NCBI GenBank assembly: GCA_000320545.1
Contig: ADNK01001386.1
Location: 186,001 to 250,000, forward strand
Length of the DNA: 64,000 bases
Direction: 5' to 3'
Source: Bigelowiella natans CCMP2755
Lineage: Eukaryota; Protista; Cercozoa
Position numbers and translations under genes: made by a program. The notes below the pieces were generated by a model that had not been told where the DNA came from, searched no databases, and saw only the letters and a program-made list of their open reading frames with translations. Positions 10,802 to 22,043 of the stretch are shown here, piece after piece (positions within the stretch are counted from its first letter, which is position 1; the number at the start of each line of letters is the position of its first letter).

Positions 10802-13040
10802 TTTAGCACCGTACATTCACCTAACGAGGGCTGCTAGGGGTGAAGATGGAAATAGCCTTGCGAAGGTAAGGATGAACAGTGTTTATTGTTTAACAACTAA
10901 TAGCAGCTAGCTTTGAGAAAGATTATCATCAGCAGAACATTGTTATACGACAGCAGGTGGAAACGATCACCCCATTGGTACACTATCAGTACCTTGACGA
11001 ACAAGTACCACAACACTTATCGTACTCGCAAAATCGTGTTCTGGTTGTGGATCTAATGGGCTCTGGCACGTCGGTCGATAAAGCTTTCGATTTTCACTTC
11101 ACGACGGGAAAAGCGGAGGCTCTGAATCTAAGGGCGAAGCTACTACCACCGGTAGTGAACTTTACACTAGTTGAGATACAAAACGACCACGACCAACCAC
11201 CTACATTGGAAATCATGACGATAACATCAATAAGCATTATTACTACAACACAATTCAGTCCCCTGATGGCAGCAGCAGCCCCGATGGAAAGGATGAGAGT
11301 GCGGTTAGGAGGAGGAGGACTCTGGTGTTGGATGCCTTTCCCAGCAGCATAGCAGCAGCAGCAGCAGCATCTACTCGTATTACTGCTTCTGTAATGGGGA
11401 ACGGCGAGGACGAAAAGTATTATCCGAACGCAGACTGGGGTGGTAGTAGTAGTAATAATAAGGCGGTTGCAGCAGGCCTGCCACCGGGTGCTGAGGAAGT
11501 AGAAAGTGTAAATAGTATGCTAAGGCGAACTATCCTCTGTGCTCAAATGGAAGTCGACAACGATAATAATAACACTTTGGATCCCGTCGATATTGTTGCT
11601 CGCATCCTTCTAGACCTTGATAGTGGTAAGGAGGAGAAGAAAGGCAATTTGGAGGGAGGAGGGGAAGATGGAAGAATTGAGGAGAAAGAAGAGCTGGAAT
11701 ATGGTTTAGGTCATGATACAAACGTTAAATATTGCCGTTTTGAGTTTTTCATCGTGTTGATAGTAGTTGTTGATAGTATTGCACTCTATTATAATCTGCT
11801 CTGAATCACCGTTATTTGTTTGCCTTCCGCTTATATACATATAGCAGCGAGTTTGAGTAGTAGTAGTAGTAGCCATGTCGAGAGACATTATTTTGAATTT
11901 CAGAATAATTCAATTTCGTCGTGTTGATGGCTAATTTTAGTCTTATCTGCATTACTCCTCCCCTCACATCTCACATCCAAATTCTCACATCCAAATTCTC
12001 TGTCGATACTGACTGTTGAAAACTTATCGAAGGTGTACAAGTGTTTCACAACTTCAAGAATGGACGTCAGATCCAAATCGTCGAGGGTCGTAGCGCTGAT
12101 GTCCGGCGGTATCTAGAAAAGTTGGCGATGATGATAAAGAATAGAGAAAAAGAGGAAGGAAAGCATGGAGACGATGATGATAATGATGACGAGGCAGCAG
12201 CAGCAGCAGCAGCTACAAGTCCTAATGACGCAAAACGCCCCTTCCCTTTCTCCCAATTGCAACTCCTCAAAGACGAGTACTTCCTACGCCTACATCCAAA
12301 ATATTGATAGATTGTTGCTCTTTCGTGCGTTTGTATCTATGAAGGATGTATTGGATGTCATACGGTTGAGAACAACGTGTTTCGATAGAATCTATGTTGA
12401 ACAATGTCTAATTTATCATGCCTGTACCTATTATTACTACTATACTATCCTCTTTCCTTTCATAAAATCCACTGGGTTGTGGCGATGATTGCGATGAAAA
12501 GTACTCCTCCGTTCCGAATTCTGCCTGCTAGTGGATGCTTGAGGGTACGTGATACAAGAACATAGCAGCAGCAGTAGCAGCAGCAGCAGTGATCTAAAAA
12601 AGGGGAATATAATAATCTTCTTCGCTGACACTATGATGATGATAAGATGATGATGATGATGATGCTCAAAATGATGATGCAGCGATGGTGGTAGCCTTTT
12701 CGAGTAAATATTTCCTATTATTGTTTATTCGTTTATTCGTTCATTAATTTATTGATACTTATTAATTCAACTAGGCGGACGATGCGCAGTGGGATTCTTT
12801 CGAGAGGAGGTTTCCTGTGTTCTACAACTGGCTTCAGAGCACCAACCCCAACCTGCTGCTTCCCATGTACGATGAATTTTCGTCGCGCAGTGAGCACATA
12901 CGCTCTTTGCTTTACGATCAAGGTTGCTCGAGTCCTTCGCTGAAATCATGATGATAGTGTTGTCGTTGATAATGATGATGATGAGGATGATGAGGATGAT
13001 AATGTTAATTTTAGCAACTACTGAAGTTTTTTACTTAGAC

Positions 13041-13080
<40 letters not shown>

Positions 13081-13234
13081 ATCTCTTGAAATGTTGGAAG
13101 TATCTTAAGCAACGGCGCATACTGTGACTTCATTTTCATCAGATCTCAAGGGACTCTCAACAGCTACTGAAACCAGAAAAGTTGATGAAAACGAGGAATA
13201 TAAAAAGAATAGCAACCGCCAACAGCAAGCTGGT

Positions 13235-13268
<34 letters not shown>

Positions 13269-14509
13269 GAGCAGTGGAGTTGGCGTTTCCTTCTTCCTCA
13301 TCACCATTGCAGTCGCCTTCCTTCATCGCCGAACCTGTACCATCAAAGCACCGAACAAGAGGAATGATGATGATGATGATGACTGGTGGTGAGGAGGCTG
13401 AGAATAGCGATAGAACCATTTCTTCTGGGTTGGATGCAAAGAAGAACAAGTCGACTCAACGGTCTGCCAACGTCGGCCGCAGTAGTAGTGAAAGCGGAGG
13501 AGGAGGAGTAAAGGCGAGAAATGACTGTGCGTCAGCGAAGAAGAACGTGACGACATCAATAGCAGCGGCGACAACTGCTGCTGTTGCAGGGGTTAGTTCA
13601 GTGGATGGTAGTGCGTGCGGCGGGGGGGGGCTGGAGAAGTATACGATATCGGGCTATTTCCCGTATTCAGCTGCAGGAGGGTCACCAACAGCAGCTATAA
13701 CACCACCACCAGCATCTGAAGATCGCAACAACCAACGTCCATCATCCCCCCCCATCCGCGTCAGGTGAGAGGCACGCGTAGGGTTATTTTAAGAAATGAT
13801 TATGTATCGTGAGATGGATATGTAAACGCATATGTCGTAGTACCGTTTTATGTAATTATAAACTCAGACGATCTTCAAATGTTGGAAACGTTTCGTCATC
13901 AAAGTCATCATTATTATCATCATCATCATCATAATTAATCGTTTTCGCTATGTCTCCCTCCCCCCTCTCCCCCTATATGATAACACCGATAGCCGCGAAA
14001 ACAACCTAGAGGAACAGACATCGTCGCTTGCCGCATTCTACCATCAGCAGCAACAGCAACTTCAACATGCAGCAGCAGCAGCAGCAGCAGCAGCAGTCCA
14101 TAGTGAGAGGGGGAGGATGATGACGACGACACCCCCTAATGACTATCCTGCTTCGACCAATACTACCACACCAAACAGGACTTCTAGCAAGCCCCATCAT
14201 TATCAATTTACAAACCCTCCAACCCCCATATCTCGCGGCGTATCCCCAATGCCATGGGCCATTATGCCACCACCATTTGGGGGGGGGGGGGTTACAGGTG
14301 GTGCTCGTACTACTGAGGAGCATCAGCATCATCATCATCATCATCATCATCATGTTGATCATGATCATGATGATATTGGTGCTATTGCTCCAGCAAGAGA
14401 CGGTGGAGTAAGAAGAGGCCCTCCTCCTTCGTCATCATCATTACCATCTGCTAATCATCCCGATGATCCATCTACCACTACCAATACTACTACTCCTACA
14501 ACTCCTATT

Positions 14510-14546
<37 letters not shown>

Positions 14547-15890
14547 CTGCTGCTAAGGCTGGTGGTGGTGGTGGTGGTGGGGTTGGCAACGCATTATCTC
14601 CTGTTCCTCTGGGAAATCGACAACCCTCTCAAACTTCAAACACCTCCACGGAAATAATGATGCTCATGACATCGAACAACAAGAACAACACGCGCAATCC
14701 CAACGGTGAGGGGAGAGAGTTCGGCAGTCATTTATATGATGATGATGAGGAGGAGGAGGAGGAGGAGGAGGAGGAGGAGGATGATAATCATCATCATAAT
14801 GATGATGGTGACGCTAAATACCATGAATAGTGGAGAAGAATTGGATAAAACCCGTTCCCTTTTCTGACATTTTGAAATATACGTGAATTCATGCGTCGAT
14901 AGTTTTGCTTAAGAGTCAGCAATAGTGCGAACATGTGCGCATTTTGTCATCTTAATTTCATCATCATCATCATCATCGTCGACGTCGTCATCACCACCAC
15001 CACAATACTCATCTTCATGAACATTTTTATCACCACCACTATCATTGTGTGGGCCTGTCCCCTTTGTTACCAAATATATTCACAATAATCATTCCTCACC
15101 CTCTCTATTCTATACATAGGCAATGAGCAGCATCTGCATTATCCTTCACCTCCTTTTGGTGTCCTTCATCCGCTGCCACCCCTCCCTTCATCATCCCATC
15201 AAGCTCCTAGTTGCAACACCAACTACTACGAGGAGGACCTAGAAGCGTATGTACGGCAGTTCGATATACACGTACAGGACTGTATTCAAAGAGCAATGGC
15301 TTCTCTTAAGTCGCAGATGGAAGATCTTGCGGTATGGTATTCATTTGTTTACAGTATAGCAGCATGTGATAATAGAATAACCAGAGGACAAGCAAAGAGC
15401 ACCCTCGACAAATAGGTTAGCGGCGGTAGAAGATCTATCATTATCACCATCATCACTATCATCATCATCATCACCACCACCATTATCATCATTATCATCT
15501 TTTTGCTCTACCCCAGGCGGATTACAAGCAAGCTTTAGTGGCGAAACTTCAAACACGCCAACTTTCCTACCCCCCAGCAAACAGGTTGTCTCTCTTCTCT
15601 CTCTACCTCGTCTAACCCCTCCAAACAATTCTTTCTCATGTTCTGTAGTAGTATCCTAATAATCGTAATGTGTGACTGATGGCTGTTGTTATGAAACCAT
15701 AATGATTAGGCCGCAGACACCTGGAAGTCCGCACACGCATAATACCAACAACACTCACAACAGTTTTCCGTTTGCCAGGACTATGAGCGAGTCGAGAAAG
15801 TTAGAAAAATCTCGTAGAGCACAGAAGCGAGTGGCAAGGAGAAGGGCAAAGGGGGACGGGGAGCCATCAGATGAGCAGAATGATAAATAG
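10470..15890 (+). CDS. Large multi-exon, low-complexity protein of unknown function (exon structure tentative)
   Basis: A chain of + strand ORFs bounded by AG/GT sites (10470-10865, ~10957, ~11330-11720, ~12030-12300, 12775-12922, ~13100-13765, ~13990-14830, 15121-15331, ~15710-15890). Rich in poly-A/G/H/T/E runs; no domain recognised. Confidence 0.4.
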
Positions 15891-16972
15891 TTGTTTCTTT
15901 GCTGTTTTGCGTATAAAATTCCATACTTCCGTTGCTGTCGCGCGGTTAAGTGCACATATCGCCATCATTACGCTGTGCGTACATTTGTGAGACGGATGTA
16001 ATGATGTCATCAAATCTTTTCAATTGTCATCCTTATGTAGCTCAGAGCTATGCAGAGCAGCGGCTACAGCGATTGTGTTTTGGGCCTACATGTGCAACAA
16101 CGCAACTACTAAGTCGACACAGCCGCATGCCATGTGCGGTGCAGAAAGATCCATAGCACGCATGCACGACACGTCGCCCATCACTCCGTCAAGTCCGTTC
16201 GCTGACTGTATCTGATCGAAGCAGTCTAGCAGTCTATAGCTAGCTAGCAGTGCATGCAGCACGCATTGTCAATTCATCGCAGCAGATTGCACGCCATGCC
16301 CCACATTTCACTTATTCCCTGCTGTCTATAGCTGTCCGCAGTCTAGCAGTGGCAAAAATTGCCCAAATGCGCAAGCAAGATGAAATTTTGCCCACTTCAT
16401 GCATGACGACCTGCCTAGCTGCGTGTCTGAACTGAATATAGCTAGCTAGAATGACACTTGTGTCATGCTCAAAAAAGATTGGCTTCACGAAAAAGACACA
16501 TGTGATGTGCCTGTCACTCTAGCTGTCTAGCTCTAGAGCTGTGAGCTTTCACCATGTAGTCATTCTAGCTAGCTAGCTTGTCTAATCATTGGCATCGCAT
16601 CTATATGTAGCACAGCATTTGGATGGTGTGCGCCTGAGATGATGGACACAGGGTGTTCCATGTCTGTAATTAAGCTAGTAAGTAGACATTATTCATCTTT
16701 CATGGTACACAGCATGCATGCTCAGCTATGAAGTCATGGCGTCTACATCTAATTTAGACATACGTCACATACGATGTAAAATGTAAACGCCGTTGAATGC
16801 ACGTTACGTTGATATAAATAGTAGGACAGCAGAGTCCATGCATAGATATAAAAAGTGTATTTTGTAATTCTCTATTTTAATTATCACATTAAACTCTTAT
16901 GTTGTGCTCAAATACATGTACATCGGCGAAAGCTTCAAACGAAAGCTTCATTAGTAGCCAACAATGACGATC

Positions 16973-17599
16973 TTATGCTGCAAATTGTTCCAAATAAGAT
17001 TTTGGAGCTTCTTCATCAACCGAATACATATGAAACGCCTTGTGGTTGAGAATTTCAGCAATTTTCCCCTGGGCTTCATGATGTCGCGTTATTGCCCTTA
17101 ATGAAGCTCGCAGCTTCTGGAGAATTTCGTCGCCCTGAGAGGGTAATGGCATTAGTGAGTCCTATTCTAAGTCAACCACTTACTGCACAACTTCACTACC
17201 TTGGTCGACATGTTGTTCAATGCCTCATGGTAGATTTCAGATAGAGGAGTCATCTTATTATCTTCCCCAGCTGAAGAGTCAGCAGTGAGACCTACCGTTC
17301 AATTCCGAGTTCAGTTTAGTAAAGATGGATCAGAAGAACTCAGGAATCAAAAGTTAACTTGATGAGGCGATTCTAGCACTACCTGGTTCCCTTTCTATGT
17401 ATCCTTCGTCTTCAATTTTGTTCCACTTTTCCTGAAGCTCCCCCAACTTCTCGAATTCAAGCTCAATTGGGCTAATGAGAATGTAGGACAGAAAGATACC
17501 CCCCGCACACACACACGCACCCAAGCACACGTATTTACACAATTTTTACGCAGGTACAAATATTTGTATGCGAAAATACATTTGGTATAAATATACTGA

Positions 17600-17639
<40 letters not shown>

Positions 17640-17680
17640 CTCTGTAAATAATATAAATATACTAGTTAAAATATGTTCAA

Positions 17681-17718
<38 letters not shown>

Positions 17719-18722
17719 TAATTTGTATATACACATTACTTAATTTTATAGCTAATACTAATTATCTCTCTACAGCAGTTTTCTTGATCTATAAATATTT
17801 TGATACTAGAGAAGGCGTTAAAAGTACAACCATTTTTTCATCTTAGCTAAATCCTTTTCGGCAGAGAGCTCAGTCTTCTCCCGAAGGTCATTTAGGCACA
17901 AGTCATTCACGTCCATGGCGGTCTTTGCTAGATACGCATGCTCTCCTATGTAGGTCTCTTTGATCTGATAGTAAATAAAAAGATGATCATCCGTATTTTG
18001 CACATTATTTACTAGTTGTATTAAATACTTCTTGTGCTACCTTAATTAGGGAGTGTCTCATTAAGTCCTCGAAAAAGCGTTGTACTTTGGTTGGCTCAGG
18101 CATGGCTTGTTTATCGTCATAAGATTTTGGTTTGAAGTCATCAATATCGGGAAAATTTGGAAGTGGTTGGCCTTCTCCTGTTTGCTGCTTGGGTACCTCT
18201 TCTTTCTTCTCCGGTTCTTCTTGTTTCCGTTCTGTTGCTCCTTTTCTAACTGACTCAATAGCGGTTTCCTTTTTTCGCGATTTCCTCTTTGTAAATGTGA
18301 ATCCACTCACAGCACTACGTTTCTGTAGTTACAATGATCCGACAGTCAAAGGATATTTCGTAAAACACAAAGAAAATTAACTCCACTGACCATTTCTGCA
18401 TTACTGGTAGTCTTTCTCCGCCTTTGTCTCATTCTAGAAAGTGAAAGCATAATCTCATTGGATGTAAAATTGAATCGAATTTCCAAAACTATTTAGAGGC
18501 GCCACTAAAATGATCAAGGAAAGGGGTGGACCTTCCATCCGCTTTTGGAGAGGTGACACTGATTAGGTATACATATTTCAAACAAGGTCATCAGAATAGG
18601 TCATACTCTTGCCTGCAGTGACTTAACATATCATCACAAAACACACAGCTTGTTGTAGCATACCTTTTCTTGGGGCTTTTCCTTTTTCTGCTTCTGCCGG
18701 GGGAGCTTCGACGGGGCGCCAT
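16973..18722 (-). CDS. Multi-exon basic/coiled-coil protein, possibly kinetochore Mis12-complex subunit Dsn1/Mis13
   Basis: Start MAPRRSSPGRSRKRKSPKKR|GTATG. Exons include SGFTFTKRKSRK, LPNFPDIDDF...MPEPTKVQRFFEDL and LEFEKLGELQEKWNKIE, ending EEAPKSYLEQFAA*. The gene is well supported; the Dsn1 identity rests on recalled motif order only. Confidence 0.4.
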
Positions 18723-19425
18723 TTTTTCCGAATGCTATCGAGGAATTCAGAAGAATGGCTGTAGGTTGTATCTCGCAGGACATTTTATATCATATTCGAA
18801 CAACATGACTTGTCTTTGTAGATAAACGCATCTTTTCGAAATGCAAATAAATGCATGACAAAAATACCTCTAATTTTTCATTGCTCGAAATTACATTATA
18901 ACTTTGGATTGCGACGAGAAAAATATTTTACAGCCGTTGAAGGAAAAAGGTTTAGATGCTGACAATTTATTTCTTCAATTTCAGATATATAAACATACTA
19001 TTGATTAACGACAATTTTAAATGTGCTAATCTAGCAAAAAAATAGGGATTCGACGGCACGATAAATTGATCCTTAAACCCTCTCATTGTTTTGAAATATA
19101 GTAACTCCTTCGCGCAAAACTCCTGAGACTTCCTTGAGAGTAATGTCATCTCTTGAAATCTCTTGAAATTCCAGCTCACGCGATTCAGAGTTTTGGGTGC
19201 CATTCAAGAAGTTCAACGTTAGATATTTTTGCGTTTATTATATTTTACGACAACAAAACTATTATTAAGAGAGATAAATATCTGCGTAGTCCATGGTTTT
19301 CTCATTGACGTACCGCATGCGGAACAACCTGACCACAAGCCTTCTGGCGAGGAAGTTTCAGAACTTTCTCCCGATAATAGCAACTATTAGCTACTGAAAT
19401 TCCTTCTAAAAAATGTATAAAAAGG

Positions 19426-20924
19426 ATGTCGTCTAAAACATATTCCTTGGTAAGTATTTATTTTCTCCTGTTATAGTGCGTCCCATCGTATTCTGAAGAA
19501 GCAACTCATTCGCGGGGCAGTGCTTTCCGCTTCCACTTCCCACAGAAAAGAGCGATGTCACACGACCCTAGCGACACCGGTACGTCCTTTATCTACCTCT
19601 TATTTGCATTCCTTATCCATACTCTCCCTGTATCTCATAGCTAAGCCACTTTGCATCACACAGCAATCACAAAGAGGCCCTTATTTGAGCGTGATACTTT
19701 TTTTGCGTCATCCTGCGAATGCTTTTGACATTATAGCAATTTCCTTGAGCGCGCATGCAAGCTAGAGAATAATAAGTATCAATGAAAAATACTCATGCCA
19801 AAATCTTATTCCACAAAACTTGTGAAGATTCGGACCTCTCCGATTCGGAGCAGCCGATTCGACGTAGGGCTGTGCAAGAGGAGGAGACAGAAGAAGCACC
19901 TGCCGAGGATAAGAAGGAAGATGATCAACCACGCGAGGTTCGGGCGGAAATAGTAGGTGACGACGATGATGATGAGGAAGGTCAAGATGAAGAAGGAGAA
20001 GACCACGACGAAGATGATGATCATGATGAAGACGAGGAGGAAGATGGTGATGAAGACGAGGAGGACGTAGACGACGAAGCCAATGAAAATAGCGAGAAGA
20101 AACCTGAGGTTAAAGAGAAGGATCCTGAACCTTGGGATGTTCCTAAAAGCGGGAAATTCTTCCTCCATGATGACCGGTTTGATCCTGCCAATAGAAAGGG
20201 TGGTAAATACCGGGGTCGCGGTGGTGCTAGAGGGAAGAAACTGTGGGAAGAAGAAGAACCTATGTGGACCCATGATAAATTCGAGGAGCTTGCAAGTGAA
20301 CCCGACCCTGCACCAATAGAAGCCAATGGCACCAACGGATTCAGAGGCGGTGCTCGCTGGAATAAGCGGGGCCGTGGGCGCCGATCTGGCAGGAGGTATA
20401 GAGGGCGTGGTGGGAGATCTGGAAGAGGCCGTCGTGGTGGTAGAGGGTCAACAAGGGGGGGGAGAGGAGGAGCGAGAGGTCGGCAAGAAGGAGGAGCAGG
20501 GGGGCGAAGAACACTAAAATGGATACCGAAGGAGGAAATAGCACAAAATAAGGCGTCTGCAGCGACGGTGAAGCCTGCACAGGGTATCAGCGGAGATAAT
20601 GACAACAAACAGGGGCAACACCAACAACAAGCAAGTGGAAAGCTTCAACAACCCAATGGAAAAGCCAATCATCAAAGCAATGGTTATCCGCAAAAAGTTC
20701 CAAAGTTCTTTGCGAAAGATTCAAAGACGATGAAGGACAAAAAGTAAGAGATGAATATTATGCATTGACACATTAATACATACATTTTTCTCTATATCTC
20801 TAAAGTATTGAATCATATCCGCCCCTCCAAATACACATACCATCAGTATTTAAAGTAGAGTTACATACATGTTGGGCCTTCGCTTGATATATAGATATAT
20901 TTGTACACACACACACACACACAC

Positions 20925-20969
<45 letters not shown>

Positions 20970-21675
20970 GCGTTAATGTTTACAACTTTAATGTTTACCA
21001 TGATATAGGAGCAGCGGTAAATCTGGAAGAATGAATCCGAATGCGAAGGGATTCCGACCGAATCTCAATCCCAATGCAAAGGGGTTCACACCGACTAAGG
21101 GGATTCGAGACAAAAATGCTACATTAGAGCGTGTCACATATCACGGCGGGCATCACCAGCAACAACAACAACAACAACAGCAACAACAACAACAACAGCA
21201 ACAGCAACAGCAACAACAGCAACAGCAAGCAGCAGCTGCAGCAGCAGCAGCAGCAGCTTATTATGGAGCACAGGCCCCAATATTGGATGCGAGTCGACCC
21301 CTGATCCAAACCCAGCAACAGCAGCAACAGCAGCAACAGCAGCAACAACGACAACAAATGATGCAAGCAGCTGCCCAGATGCAGGCGATACCACAGTATT
21401 ACTCCTCTACTGGTCCTCATGGCGAGGAGCAAGTCGTTTACGGTTACCAAACACCTCAAGGTTTTATCGCGATGCAACCGCCCCAAGCAACTATGCCACC
21501 ACAACCAGCACAGGTAGTACAGCAGCAGCAACCGCCTCCCAACACGACACAACAAAGTGTGCAGTATGTGTACCAGGTCCCCGGCTACGGTTATGTTTCA
21601 GGCTCTGGCCCACTAGATCCGCAGATGATGATGGCTGCAGTTGGAGGGAACGTCCAAATTCAGCAGCAACCTTAG
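19426..21675 (+). CDS. CASC3: CASC3/Barentsz/MLN51 exon-junction-complex protein with RGG box, two PAM2-like motifs and poly-Q tail
   Basis: Btz/SELOR motifs DPEPWDVPKSGKFFLHDDRF and WTHDKFEE (20121-20285), acidic N-terminus, RGG-rich tract. Intron 20744-21008 joins in frame to MNPNAKGFRPNLNPNAKGFTP. Start is 19426 or 19555. Confidence 0.85.
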
Positions 21676-22043
21676 AACTTTTTAGAGCAAGTAGAAGCCT
21701 TAAAAACTAGCTCAGATAGAATAAAAATAACAAATTATACTTGTAGTCATGTGTAAGTGACTTCATAAAATGGCTCTTATGTTGTAAAGATTACCACGTG
21801 GGTGGTCTTTTCATAGACGTGGTTCAAAATTCAAAAATCAAAGTTTTAAGCTTTGAATGATAGCTATGTATGGATTAAGCTGATGGTACGTTTAAATCTA
21901 TGTTTGCATTGTGGCATGCAGTAGACATACGTATATATAATACATATAATATATACTGTGTCTATCAGTGCATGGCACTGTAGCCGTGCACATGCGAAAC
22001 TCAATGATTCAACATGAGACGGATGCAATGAATTGATCAAATC

